A stretch of 64,000 nt of DNA from Cetorhinus maximus (taxonomy: Eukaryota), in NCBI RefSeq assembly GCF_964194155.1, contig NC_135879.1:31310001-31374000 (forward strand). The letters run 5' to 3'. The notes beneath the pieces are model-generated. The model worked only from the letters and a program-made list of their open reading frames with translations, had not been told where the DNA came from and did not search any database. A program made the translations under genes and the position numbers. Every line of letters begins with the position of its first letter. The first letter of the stretch is position 1. Shown here one piece after another: positions 28,401 to 43,400 of the stretch.

Positions 28401-31400
28401 TTTCGCATTATTTACTGTACTTATCTATATACACAAAACTATTACACTATCAGGTGCATGCATTAACATGACAATATATACAAATCCTTTGTATCAGAGG
28501 TCATTTCAGTCCAGTGTTCATGTTTTAAATGTCCAATTTCCTTTGAACTTTAAAACTCTTGACAATGCACCTGCAATTAAATTTTCACATCCAGCCGCAT
28601 GTATAAATCTGTAAATTAAACCGTTGGAGTAATAAACTCCATCTGAACAGTCTTGCACTTCGGTCTCGAAATTTGTCCAGAAATTTTAAAGGATTGTGGC
28701 CTGTATAAACAATTGTTTCTGACGAGTTGCTTGCAACATAAACCTCGAAATGCTTCAATGATAACACCAGACCTAGAGTCTGTTTTTTGATGGTTGAGTA
28801 TCTTTTCTGATGTACATTCAGCTTCTGTGAAAAATATTCTACCAGCTTTTCAATTCCTGTTTCATCTTCACAGCATCAATACCCAAATCACTTGCATCAA
28901 TTGCCAACTTAAACTGCTTGGCATAATTAGGTGCTGCCAAAACTGGTGTAGTAGTCAACACAGTTTTTAAACTGTCAAATGCATTTTGACAGTCCTGTGT
29001 CCATTGAAATTTCTTGTTCTTTTTTAGCAGTTCAGTCAATGGAGCAACCACACTGCTAAAATTTCATACCAACTTCCTGTAAAATCCACTCATGCTCAGA
29101 AATCTCAAAACTTCCTCTTTTGTTGTCAGCACTGGGAAATTCACGATGGCTTTTACTTTCACATCTCTTGGAGCTACGTGGCCATGTCCAACAGTATGGC
29201 CTAGACATGTAACTTGCGCTTTTGCAGTTTCACTCTTAGCCAAGTTCACCAGCAAATTAGCTTCTTGCAGTCGATCAAACAGTTCCTTCAGATGTTGTAA
29301 ATGCTCCCCCCACGTTTGACTGAAAACTACCAAATTGTCAATATGAACAGCTCAATTGCTCAGTCCTGCAATTACTTTGTCAGTCTTTGAAATGTTGCTG
29401 TTGCATTCTTCATACCAAATGGCATAACTTTAAACTGATATAGTCCATCTGGCATTGCGAAAGCCGTTATTTCTTTTGTTCTTTCAATATCCTCGCAGCA
29501 GGCCAATCTTTGTGATAAACTCTTGATTGTCCCGCTTTCTCAAGACATGCTTCCAATCATGGAATAGGATATGAATCCGCTTTTTGTCACTGCATTTACA
29601 TTTCGATAATCCACACACAGTCTTTGTGTTCCATCTGGTTTCAGTACCAACACAATAGGTGAACTCCAGTTACTGCAACGAGACTCTATATGTCATTCTG
29701 AAGCATGAATTCGATTTCTTTTTGTACTCGAGCTAATTTTATTGGATTTAATCTATAAGGATATTGCCTTATCGAAACTGAATCTCCCATATCTTTGTCA
29801 TGTGTAGCTAAATTTGTTTTCCCTAGCTTATTCCCACAAATAGCCTTGTGTGACTGCAATAGTTTTTCCAAATCACTTTGACACTTGTCACAGAGGTAAC
29901 TCAGTATTACATTTAAATTGTTAAATACCTCCTCATCATCCAATTTGATTAGAGGAAAATCAATTTCAGAATCCTTCATTTCTACCTCTTTCTCTTTATC
30001 CACCACTATTAATTACTCCTTTTGGTTATCTTCCCTGTCAAAGTATATTTTAAGCATATTTACATGATACACCCTCTGCTTCTTTCTTCTATTTGGAGTA
30101 TTTATTAAATAATTTACTTCACTCAGTTTCTTTTCAATCCCGTAACGCCCGCTAAACCTTGCCTTTAATGGTTCACCTGACACTGGTAACAAAACTAAAA
30201 CCTTTTCTCTAGCAACAAATCTACAAGCTTTTGCCCTCTTATCTGCATTTGCCTTCATCACCTGCTGTGATATCTTTCAATGTTCCTTAGCCAACTCACA
30301 TGCACTGTTCAATCTTTCTCTGAATTTTGCCACACAATCCAGGAGAGTAGTTTCTGAACTCTGACCCACTAGTTTCTCCTGAATCAACTTAAGTGGTACC
30401 CTCACCTCATGACCACAGACTAATTCAAAAAGACTAAATCCTGTTGATTCATTAGGGGCATCCCTAACAGCAAATAACAAGAACGGAATCCCTCAATCCC
30501 AGTCCTGTGGGTGGTCTTGACTGTAAGCTCTCATCATAGTTTTTAAAAGTTTGATGCCATCTCTCTAAAGCACCTTGTGATTCAGGATGATAAGCTGATG
30601 ACTGAAACTGTTTTATCCCCAGGATGTTCATTACTCCCTTAAACAGCTGTGACATGAAATTCGAACCCTGATCCGACTGTATTTCTTTTGGTAACCCATA
30701 TCTTGTAAAACATTTGGTCAACTCCTCTACAATTCTCTTTGATGTAATATTTCTTAAAGGTATCACTTCAGGAAATCTTGTAGGTACATCCATGATTGTC
30801 AGAAAGTACTGATTTCCACTTTTGGTCTTAGGGAGGGGCCCCACACAATCAATCAGGACCCTGGTAAAAGGTTCCTCAGATGCTTGAATTAGAATTAAAG
30901 GTGCAGGTTTAATCACTGCTTGAGGTTTTCCTGTCATCTGACATGTGTGACATGTTCTACAGAAGTTGACCACATCTTTATGCAGCTCAGGCCAATAAAA
31001 ATGTTTTTGTATTTTCGCCTGAGTTTTCCTAATTCCTAAATGTCCAGCTATTGGAATTTCACGAGCTACCCTCAATATTTAATTTCTGTATCCAGATGGT
31101 ATAATTATTTGATGTACTACCACCCACTTCTCATCTGCGGGAATATGAGACGGTCTCAATTTCCTCATTAACACATTACCTATAAGGTAATAACACTCCG
31201 GAATACAGTCTGCCTCTGTTTCTGAATAAGCTGTCTGATATAAGTTTTTTATTCGTGAATCCTTCTGCTGTAACTCTACCAATTTCGTTGAGCTGAACAC
31301 TTCTGCCTCATTCTCTTCAACCTTCTCTTCCTGCACAATCTTTTCAAAAACAGATTCAGCTAATTGGACATCAGCATCCTTCCCCTGCCTTTTAGATTCC

Positions 31401-34400
31401 TCCTTTTCATGTTTCAGCCTGTGATTTTGTGACCTCGTTACTACAAAATCTGGAAACAATCCAGGATGTTCTTTCTGCAACACCTCTGTTGAATGCATCT
31501 CCACAGACTGCTTGATTACAGTAGGCATCACCAACATCTGTGACCTAGCTATATCATTACTTAAGATAAATTGAACCCTGCAATGGGCAATTTTTCCACT
31601 ACTCCAACAATCACCTCATCTGTTTTCCACTTACTTTTTAAATTTACCTTCCACAATGGAATAGGTCTATGGACTAGCTGATAATCATCAGCTATCTCTG
31701 CTGCTTGCCTAGCCGCTTTAACCCTCTGTTCTTCCACATGAGTTCTAACTACCGAAGGAATTGAATCTTTAAATTCTTCCAAAATAATTACTTCTCTGAG
31801 AGCTGTATATATTGTCTCTACCTTTAATGCCCATATTCACCGGTCAAAATTACTTTGTTTTACTCTCTCAAACTCAATATAAGTCTGACAAAGCTGCTTA
31901 CTTACATTCCGAAATTTCTGCCTGTACGCCTCAGGAACCAACTCATATGCACTCAGAATAGCCTTTTTTACTGCCTCATGATCCACTGATACTTCTTCTG
32001 ACAACAACACATATACCTCATGAACTGTACCTACCAACCCAGACTGTAAAAGCAATGTCCCGATTTCTTGTGGCCATTTCATTTGCATAGCTATCTTCTC
32101 AAACGAAAGAAAGAACGCCTCTACATCCCTTTCCTCAAACTTCGGAAGAGCCTGCACAAATTTAAATATTTCCCCACTGGGCTTTGGACTAAAAGTGGTT
32201 GTTTCCAGATCAGAACCTTCCTCAGCATCTGAAGTGTCTTTTTTACTTCCAACCTTTTAAGCTGATATTCTCTTTCCCTTCCCTTTTCTCTTTCCACTAT
32301 TGCTCATTTCTCCCTCTGGAGGTTAAGTTTTCTCATTTTCATTTCTCTTTGAAATGCTCTCTCTTTTTCCTTTCCCTTTACTACTGCTTCCAGCCTTTTC
32401 AATTACAATTCATTTTCTCTTTCTTTTTCTGCCCATTTAGAGTTGCTGTATTTGCCACTCCACCTTGATCCACTCCTATTAGTAAATAGTTTTTTCTGTA
32501 TGTCAGTTAAATGCTACCACTAGACGGATGTCCTTGGTAGTAGATTGCTCAGTGTTGGAAGGGAAATGGGTACATAGAAATTAATTGGACCAGTACTTCT
32601 CTGTATAATTTTAGTGCTTGTTTTCTGATTATAGACTGATATCAGTGGCAGCTTTGGGCAAGGCTGCAAAGTAATTGGTTTCACCCTGTGTAACATAAGA
32701 ACAAATTATGGCTGGGGAGACAGCAGTAGAGATTTAATTTCCTGTTTTGTCCCTTGCCACTCCAACCCTCATACGACTTAGCTGATCTTTGACAGTCTCT
32801 TCAGTGCAGGTGCTGAATTAATAAATTTAGAATTTTTACTGCATAGTAGGGAGGTCAGACTTGTGATAAGATTGCTTGAATGTGACCATTGATTTCAGGA
32901 AATTGATGAGAATAGCATTTATATTATAATGGTAATTAGGCCACCAGGAAATAAAGACTAACTTCACACTCTTTGGCCGCAAAACTTGGCTCTGTGGTGC
33001 CCCTGGTTTTGGCACAATGCGAGTAGGGAGGGCAAAATAATGGTGTGGGGCACACTCCTAATGACTTCTAGCATAGCCTGTGCTAATCGGCATCTTTTGA
33101 AGAGTGTTATTGTGCTCCATGCATGCCACAGGAGCATACACAGTAGGCAGATTGCAACATCAGTGCCTAATGTTCATTTAACCCATGACCTGCCATTTTG
33201 GACCTTCCTAGTTCTGTTAATGCCTTCTTTTAAATATGCACAGCTGAATATGTGTTCAACTGCTCAACTAACACAATTTAAGGACATTGCCATGGAACTT
33301 TCAGGCCAGGTGATTTTGATTTTGTTTTGCTGCTGCAGTTAGTGGAAGTACTGTATACGCATTATTGGAGGAATTGACAGAAGTTCTTTCAGCCAGAATG
33401 GAGTGGTGCTGGACGTTTTGGAAGGTGTGGATCTGAAAAGCCGCTAAACAGAAAATGCTCTCAGTCTTGGGGGCTTTTGTTCCAGTTCTTCTTGAGCTGC
33501 AGCAGGACATAGTCATGGATCAGAGGCAGTAGAGAGAAGGTGCTGTTGGTAGAGGGAGGAGGGTTCTCACTTTGGGTCTTTAGAGAACACTTCACCTATC
33601 TCCACCTCGGCCAGGAGCAGTGTCTGCAGTGGCTACGCTTTAGCAAGGAGACGGCCACAGAACTGTGTCACTTCTTTGAACTGGGTCTGTAGCTGCAGAG
33701 CAGAGCAAGGACAGCACTGTCAGTGGCCACCAAGGTCACAGTGGCCCTCAATTTCTACACCAGCGGATCCTTCCCAGATACAGCTGGCAACATCGCAAGA
33801 TTTCTCAGTTTGCTATGCATTGCTTCATCTGGGCGGTCACCAAGTCCCAGTACATAAGGAGAGGGGAATTAATTATCTTCTCTCTAAGCAGAGAGAAGCA
33901 GTAGGAATGGGCACATAGTTCTGCAGAATTCCCAATGGTACAGAGAGCCACTGATTGCAAACATGTGGCTCTGTGGGCACCACATTTCAACAGGGGGATA
34001 TACTCCCTGAATGTTCACCTGCTGTGTGATCAGACTCAGAAAATTATGCTAATGGGCTTTATCCAATTTTTAGCCTTTGAATGTTAACACACATTATGAA
34101 GTCCAACACTCAAGAGGAGTATTTCAATTTCTCTATTCCAGGAATATTTACAATGACAACTTAATACCTGCATGAGCTCAATACCAATTTCATAATCATA
34201 TGAGTGATGTAATATCAGCATAAGATAAAATTAACTAGCATTTCAGATTTGACAGCTTTAGTTGTAATTCAAAAACAGCAACCATCTCGATGAAGTAAGG
34301 TCACTTTTGAAAAAGGAGTACATCTGTTCTTGTTGGATTTGTGGGAAACCCACTAGTGCATGCTTGTGTAGACATTCGAGACTAAATACTAAGAGCATGT

Positions 34401-37400
34401 TTCTATTTCTTGATGTACTGCTTTCTTTTTTGTTTAGGAAATGTGGCTGTTGTAAGATCATATGTTGCTGGTGCAACTTCACTTCAGGAAAGGACCGCTG
34501 CTATGGCAAATGTCAGTGCTAGCCAGGCACTGGGTTTTATACTGGGGCCAGGTACAAATCTTGTATTTCTAACAATATTTTGGCCATTAACAAGTTGGTA
34601 CTGATGAGATTCACAAGTGGACACATTACTTACCACCAGCCCACCCTCTTCCTCCATGTGTTTCCTGCTGTGTGTTTTATTTTCAGTCTGCATTTTTTTG
34701 CCTTATAATTGCTTTACTGAGCTATCAACTTTGTTCTTGTCTAGTTATTGAGTTGAACATGTCACATTTAATGGGAATTGAAGCTGAAAGTACAAAGGAA
34801 CTATTCTGATACTGCTGGTAGTAGCACTGCCACAGAAAAGGAAAAGTTGAGTTTGGTAGTTCACAAATCTTCTCCTTTAACCTCACCTGCTCCTTGTCAA
34901 CATGGCTAGGTTATTACCATTCTCACTCCTGAGTCAGAAAGTTGTGTGTTTGAGCCCCAATGTAGGATTTCGGTTCATAATCTAGGCTGACACTCCAGTG
35001 CAATACTTAGGGAATATTGCATTGCCAGGAGTCCTTCACATGAGGTACCGATCTAAGGTCCCATCAGTTAGTTAAAAATTCTGTGGTACTCTTTGATGAA
35101 GTGCCAGGAATTCTCCCAGCATTTTCTCTGAACGAACACCGCCAAAATAGATTATTGGTCAAATTGGGATTTCCCAAAGATCTATCTTCTAACCCACATC
35201 TCCATGTAAATAATAAATCTATTGATTGATCAGCATTATTCACTTCTTAACTGATAATTCTATTCTACATTAATCAACTTCATCCAGATTCCTCAGGGTA
35301 GTGTCCTAAGCCCAACCATCTTCAGCTGCTTCATCAATGACCTTCCTTCCATCATAAGGTCAGAAGCAGGGGTGTTCGCTGATGATTGCAAATTGTTCAG
35401 CACCATTCGTGATTCCTGTGATACTGAAGCAGTCCATGTCCAAATGCATCAAGACCTGTACAATATCCAGGTTTGGGCTGACAGGTTGGAAGTAACATTC
35501 ACGCCACACAAATGCCAAGCAATGACCACCTCCAACAAGAAAGAATACATTCTTGCATATTCTGCACTGCTTGCATTTGAATACAGGCCATTGTCAGCTT
35601 TGACTGTAGAAGCCATATTGACTAATAATGTTGCTGCAATGACATTAAGATCTGAGAATAACATAAGAGTGGAATAGAAAGTATTGCACTGAATTGAATT
35701 CCTACCCCTAGAGCTTTACTGTCCTGTCAACTGTTAAGTTAAGAGGTTGGCACAAAAGCTTAATGGTGCTACAAAATCTTTTAGAATGTCCATGGACTAA
35801 GCAGTCCCTTTTACTGTTCTTAGACAGGTGCGGTGGTACTTTTAGGCTTTTAATATATCTGTTAGTAGATGTTGATAAAATGTTTCCCCTACAATCATTT
35901 CTTAATTGACCCTTGACATTCAATGGCATTACCATCACTAAATCTCTCACTATCAATATCCTGGGGGTTACAATTGACCACAAACTGAACTGGATTGCCA
36001 TATAAATACTGTGGCTACAAGAGCAGGTCAGAGTCTAGGAATCCTGTGACGAGTAATTCACCTCCTGACTTCCCAAAGCCAGTCCACCATCTACAAGGCA
36101 CAAATCAAGAGTGTGATGGAATGCTCTGCACTTGCCTGGATGAGTGCAGCTCCAACAACTCTCAAGAAGCTTGACACCATCCAGGCCAACACAGCCCACT
36201 TGATTGGCACTCCTTCCATAAACATTCACTCCCTCCTCCACCGATGAACAGTGGCAGCAGTGTGTACCATCTACAAGATACACTGCAGGAACTCCTTAGA
36301 CGGCACCTTCCAAACCCACAACTGCTACCATCTAAAAGGACAAGGGCAGCAGATATATGGGAACACCATCACCTGGAAGGTCCCCTCCAAGCCGCTTATC
36401 ATCCTGACTTGGAAATATATCGCTGTTCTTTCATTGTTTCTGGGTCAAAATCCTGGAACTCCCTCCCTAACAACTGTGGGTGTCCCTACACTATACGGAC
36501 TGCAGCGGTTCAAGAAGGCAGCTCAACACCACCTTCTCAAGGACAATTAGTGATGGGCAATATATGCTGGCCTAGCATCCCATAAATGAATTTTTAAAAA
36601 ATCACACCTCTTGTGTATACAATTTAAAATTCCTCTCATGAATCAGTGACTGACTTGATCTCCTCCATGCCATTTCATGAGAAATCTTGCTGTTTTTAGT
36701 TCATTAGAAATATGGGTTTTTACTTTCTTTTGCAAGATCAATTATCGCTATGATGACCTGATCTTGGTTACACTCTGAGCCCTCATTATCTCCACTGACC
36801 TTGAGTGGATCTCCTGCAACAACTCCACTACTAAATTTGGTTCCAAGAAGCTTGGCTCAGCTTTCATGCCAAACATTCTTTTTCCACTCAACAAGTCATC
36901 ATTATCTATTTAAACCCAAGATCATTAAAGGCTTGAATACTGCTGCCAGATCTGGGGAGTCTCCTCTAACTCAGCCCTTCTTGAGAAGAAATTAAATGTT
37001 TGGCATAAAAGATGAAGCCAGACTTCTTGGAGGCAATGTTAAAATGTTAGAGTTGTAAACAATCTATTGGAGATGAGCGGGGATAATGAGATAACCTGGA
37101 GAGGTGCATGGCCTCAATGGAATGGAACAGGGAACAAAGTGTAAGAAACTGATTGTTTGGGTGACATTAGCTACTCCCAACATGGAGTGTTCCAAGTCAT
37201 TTGGAGATTCAGGGCTTGACCTATATTCAGTTGCACTTGCCTTTATTGGTGGAAATTTGATTCTTGTTTGAAGGCTCAAAAAGTGGGCTGTTGTTTATTT
37301 GTGGTGGATATTCACTTCCAGGAGAAGAATTAAGTTCACTTGTGCAATTCTGGTTTTAATAATTGTGCTCTGTTTAGCATTAATATATTTTATTGATGTT

Positions 37401-40400
37401 CAAAAGCAGGAGAACTATTGTACTAATTACCTTAAATGTTAATATTCACAGAGGTAGTTAAGTTGGTTTTCTGAATTTATTCTGGTTCAGCTTTGCAGGC
37501 TGCTATGACAAGCATTGGACAAAAAGGAGTGTCTTGGAAATTAATTGACCTTGAGTTGAACATGTACACTGCCCCAGCTTTCCTAGGAGCTTTTCTAGGA
37601 GTTGCAAATATTGTGCTTATTATTGCATTATTCAGGTAAATACTAATGGATGCTTTATTTTACCAAGTTCCATGATATCATAACAAGATGGTGGAAATAA
37701 TTAAATTCTGCAGTTGTTTCTAGAATTTTTAAAAAAAATGCTTTCCTGTGCTAGTCATTAAAATTTCATACTGGAGTTTTGTTGACAGTGATTTCGTAGC
37801 AAAACTTGTTTTTTTAACTTCCTTCTTTAAGTATTTTCTTCTCAGTGCAAATCAACATGGTGTGTGCTCCCATGAGGGATCTGTTGTTATTTCTCATGAG
37901 TGTTCCTTTGTGACCAGTTGCCTGGAGTGTACCTGTGTAATGGGAATTATATTTCCCCTCTCCACCCCTCTAAATAAGATGGCATTCCATCCGAAAGGAT
38001 GTGAGATTGCATCCAAGACTCTCCACATGTTGTGTCCTTTTGGAGAAGTTACCGAATGCAATGGTTGTATTTCATGTCCTGGTGGTTGGATTAAGGGTAG
38101 TTGCCTGGAGTGAATAATCTGCTGACTGTCTTGGCGAGGGTGAAAGGGTGAAATGGTCAGACACAAAGTAAGCGGACCATGTGAAACAAAGTAAAGCTAT
38201 TGAGACGTAAGGATGGTGGCTGGGCTAGGAGGCACATTTATTCCTGAGACAAAGCCTAGAGAAAATCTAGTTCAAACTGGTGGAGTAAAGGTATTCCCTC
38301 TCTCTTGCTATCAGGAGCCTATGTTTTCATGTTTGGGTCATGGCAGTTCTGTTCCTAATGGAGTGTAATGGAACACTCTCTGCTCGCCTGAATGAGTGCA
38401 ACTCCAACAACACTCAAGAAGCTTGACACCATCCAGGACGAAGCAGCCCGCTTGATTGGCACCACATCCACAAACATTCACTTCCTCCACCACCAATGAG
38501 CAGCGGCAGCATTGTGTCCCATCCACAAGATGCACTGCAGAAACTTACCAAGGCTCCTTAGGCAGCACCTTCCAAACCCACAACCACTACTACCTAAAAG
38601 GACTAGGGCAGCAGATACAACGGAACACCACTGCCTGGTAGTTCCCCTCCAAGCCACTCATCATCCTGACAAGGGAATATATTACCATTCCTTCACTGTC
38701 GCCAGGTCAAAATCCTGGAACTCCCTCCCAAACGGCACTGTAGGTATACCTACAGCACATGGACTGCAGCAGTTCAAGAAGGCAGCTCACAACCACCTTC
38801 TCAAGGGCAATTAGCTATGGGCAATAAAAGCTGGCCTAGCCAGTGACGCCCACATCCCATAACTGAATAAAAAAGATATAGGTCCACAGCAAAAAATTGG
38901 CACCAAATTCGCAATCTCGTTCACAACCATATCTGTTCTGGCAAATTAAAATGTCACATCCGCAGAGGAGAAGGGCTTTTATTCTGCAACTGAGTGGAGT
39001 GTGCTTAAAGGCAATGCAGAGTATCTGAAATGGAAGGTGTTTTGGCTACCAACACCCACACCCTTCATCTTAATAAGTATAAATATTTTACAAACACAAA
39101 TGAAAATAAATATATGAAAGTGCATATCAACAGTCATGCAGATTCAGTTCTTAAATACAGTCTATTCCATAATAGTTGAGATTTCATGATATTAAAAGAA
39201 ATAAAAATTCTATAAAGTAAATTTTAATCATAATATTTTTATTATCTCAGTGGAGCTTGCTACAACATTATGTTGAAACCTGTCCCAAAATGTTATGATC
39301 ATTATAAAATTGTGTATTTAATTTTAACATTCAGATCAGAGACCAATTCTAAACAAACATTATTTTTCAATTGACTCAAGAGTTTGTTCAGTATAATGTA
39401 GTCAGTGTGCAAACTGACTCAACTAGAACAGAAGTTCCTGGATTCAATTCTCAGAGCCTTAGGCTAATGGACTTAGGACCTAAGGTTAGGGTAGAAAAAA
39501 TCAGCCTGGGTTCTTGCTCCTAATCATTACTCAGTGACTCACTTAAAATACATATACCTGAATTTTCTTTTCAAAACCGAAAATCAGCCATTTGTGATTA
39601 TGCTCTTTGTCCAGCTTTTGTACGAATGCTGCGTTCCTTAGTCGAGGTGAGATGGCCCAACTCATATAGATCTCTACTACCCTTCCCTTCTTCCATATGC
39701 AACAGGCAAACATTACTTAAGTTTAAGTGTAAAATTTAAGTGAAATGTTAGTATACCGTAGAGACCAGTAACTTTTAAAAAGAGACAAATTTCCCAGCAA
39801 CCGACAGAAATTACTGAAGGACAAGATTTCATGTTTTAAGACTTTTGTTGTAATGAACAATCTAAAATCAACATAGATCAAACAATACTTAACAGACAAC
39901 TAATGCACCAAACTAAAGAAAAGGTACTTTTGCATTAACAAACTAACAAAATCAAGATATGTCTTACAACCATTTTTGCTATGCAGCGCACTTCTAGCAG
40001 ATGTGCAGCATTACAAGAACAAGTCCAAAGTTACCCCTGGCTCTCCAGCAGGCTCACTTCTCCCTGCCACGTTAGGTTGAAACTCCCGCTGTTCTTTGAA
40101 AGTCGTTACTCTTAGTCTGAGGTTATCTGGTTTCGACTTTCATCAGCAAGGTCCGCCTTGGCAACTCCTTGTTCCTTAAATCTCTAAAAGTTCTGTTGGT
40201 TCTATCCACTTCCTTTTGAACAGAAAACCAACTCTAACAAACATTATGCTTGTTTGTTAATACAGAACAGACCTTCTCTTTTCTTCACGCAGCTGCTTTG
40301 TTCCTCTACATAGCAGTATCTGCTTTGTCTTTCTCTGAGACTCAAAAAGCAGCTGTTCCTGGTGTGCAAACTGTGACTTGATATTTCAATAGGTTTCTTT

Positions 40401-43400
40401 TGAGTTTTCCCCCCATGGCAGCCAAATCACATAGGCCAAGCTGAGGTGCTTCCAGAATTCTCTGTCTCACTTTAAGTTAAAGGAGACATTTTAAAACATG
40501 ATCATCTTGTAAAGTCTAGCGTTTGTAATAGACAATAACAGTAAAGACTGGCATTCAGACATGACTCTCTTGGATAAACCCTTGCTTTAACAATGGCCCA
40601 AAATTTGCGATGAGAATAATAGTGCTCACTATCAGTGCTCACTGTTAAACTGGAGGAAATTTGACAACAACTTCTGGGGTATGCATAGGTGCAGTTAAAT
40701 GTGGGAACCCAAAAGCTCTTGTCAGAGATACCTGAATAACTCCAATTGGTGCAATGTTGCAGTCTTCACCAATAGAATCAACATTCAGGCTATTGCACAG
40801 GTCTGAGCTTGGGGTACTTACCCACTAGTCACATGCTAAAAATGGCTGAATATTTTAGGGCTAGTGCATTTGGGCTTAAGTGATTTTTTAACAGCATGAT
40901 AATTGCTGCTGAACAACTATTCTGGCCCATCAAAATTTATTTTATAAGTGTGGAGTCCCATTCCGTCAGAAGAGAATTAATATTGGAGATTTTTTTATTT
41001 TTTCAAATTTCTCTTTTATCTCTTCCTTAATCTACTTTGATTTGTATCTCCTAATTTTCATTGCGCTTTCAGTACATCCTTTAAATCTAATTTCTATCCT
41101 TTTCCTGGTTTGGACGCAGTGTGGTTCGATGAAGATACTTCTATTTGATTGGTTGAAGAGCCTTGCTATTGTTTGCCCTGTTCACCAGAAGCCGCAGACT
41201 TCCTGTAGAGTATGCTAGTTTGAAAAAGATACTGGATCATTGAAAGTCTCTCCTAATATGCCCACAAAAGATCTGTTGGCATTGTCAGTGAGGTGAATGG
41301 CAAGCACCATTCCTTTGCTGTTGGAGAAAAATGCAGACTATTGTAGCAATTGGGCCACAGCAGACTATTATTTTTAAAGTATATGTACAGCTTTTCAATT
41401 TTAAATTAAGTCATTTATGTCTGAATCACAATTTTAAACACCTCTACAAGAATATATTTGTTTTCTAGTCCAAATTTAACCTTAAATATGTGTTTTTCTT
41501 CCCCCAGGGAGCACTGTGGTATTGAATTGAATAGAGTGAAAGGTATAAATGGTAATATCCAAGGTAACTCATTCACATTTTCTTGCGATTTCTGCAGAAT
41601 CAAATTGATATATGGCTAGTGTCCTATGTAGTGATTCTGTGTTTTTGTGTAGAAATTCCTGAGGTGCTTGAAAATTCCTTTGGCAGCATTGATCTGATTG
41701 CAGTGGTGACGTCTAACATCCTGTTCTTCATCATCCTATTTGTGTTTGCTATTTTTGAAACGTAAGTGTTTTTCAGATTTACAAAGCTATTTTTCTTTTC
41801 TGCGCTTAATTAGCAAACTTGGTTTTGTTTGACCCAGATTTTTTTCTTTTCCTACCTGGGATGTGGGCGTTGCTGGAAAGGCCAGCATTCATTGCCCATC
41901 CCTAATTGTCCTTGAGAAGGTGGTGATGAGTTGCCTTAAACCATTGTATTCCATCTGGTGCAGGTATACCCACAATGCTGTTAGGAAGGGTGTTCCAGGA
42001 TTTTGATCCAGTAACAGTGAAGGAATGGAAATGGAGTTCCAAGTCAGGATGGTGTGTGATTAGAGGGAACTTGCAGGTAGTGATGTTCTGATGCATCTGC
42101 TGTCCTTGTTCTTCCAGATAGTAGAGGTTGTGGGTTTGGAAGGTGCTATCAAAGGAGACTTGGCGAGTTGTTGCAGTGCATCTTGCAGATGGTACACAGT
42201 GCTGTCACAGTGCACAAGTGGTATAGAATGAATGTTTAAGGTGGTAGATGGGGTGCCGATTAAAGGGGCTGCTTTGTTCTGGATGATGTTGAGCTTCTTG
42301 AGTATTTTTGGAGATGCATTCATCCAAGCATTGGAGAGTATTCCATCAAACTCCTGACTTGTGCCTTGTAGATGGCGGACAGGCTTTATGGAGTCAGGAG
42401 GTGAGTTACTCACCACCGAATTCCCAATTTCTGACCTGCTGTTATAGCTGCAGTACTTATATGGCTGGTCCAGTTAAGTTTCTGATCAATGGTAACTCCC
42501 AGGAAATTGATAGTTTTTCTAATCATCAATAGATGATGTACCAAATGAATAGCAGTTCACAGGATCCATTCTTCAACTTGTTAAATATGAATGAAAATAA
42601 TTCAACCCCCATCCTCAAGCTCTATTTGAATGCATTGACTGTAAGCCCATAGCAGAACAGCCCCATATTTAAAAAACAGTATAAAATTATAATTTTGAGG
42701 TTTAGAAATTAGATAATTAAGCCCCCATGGTGGTGGTGGATATGGGCCTCTAAGACCGTATGTATAGTCACATTACATCTTAGAATAGCGATGAAAAGTT
42801 TGAATGTTTTGTCGCTGAATGTTAAATTTAAAGGGTGTAATTGAAGTGACAAATTTTTCTGTAAAATGGCTTAAATTGGATTTGAAGTGAATTGCTTGGG
42901 AAGTTCTCAAATTTGGATGGATCAGCTTAGAGTTTCTATATTTAATCCATGCACATAATATTAATTATAAAGAAAAATACTTGAATTTATAAAGTGCCTT
43001 TATGACTTCAGGATGTTCCAAAGCACTTCATTGCCAATGAAATACTTTTGAAATGTAGTCACTGTTGTAATGCAGGAAACATGGCACCAGTTTGCTCAAA
43101 GCAAAATCCCACAAACAGCAATGCAATATTGACCAGATAATCGTTTTTGTGCTGTTGATAGAGGGGTAAATATTGGCCAGGGCACTGGGGAAAACTCCCC
43201 TGCTCTTATTAGAAATAGTGCCATGGGATCTTTCATGTCCATCTGAGAGGACAGATAGGGCTTTGGTTTAATATCCCACCTGAAATATGGCATCTCCAAC
43301 AAGGTAGAACTCCCTCAGTAATCCACTGGAGTGTCAGACTAGATATTTTTGCTCAGATCTTGGAGCTGATCTTGAACCCACAACCTTCTGACTTGGAGGC

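Noticed and set aside
32199-32468. Phe-rich 89-aa ORF on the + strand
   Set aside because: Antisense shadow of the Glu/Lys-rich gag N-terminus
41564-41652. Alternative acceptor at 41597 with an open frame into exon 8 (ORF 41583..41765)
   Set aside because: It would leave a 34-nt intron, too short; the 41653 acceptor gives the conserved 109-nt exon
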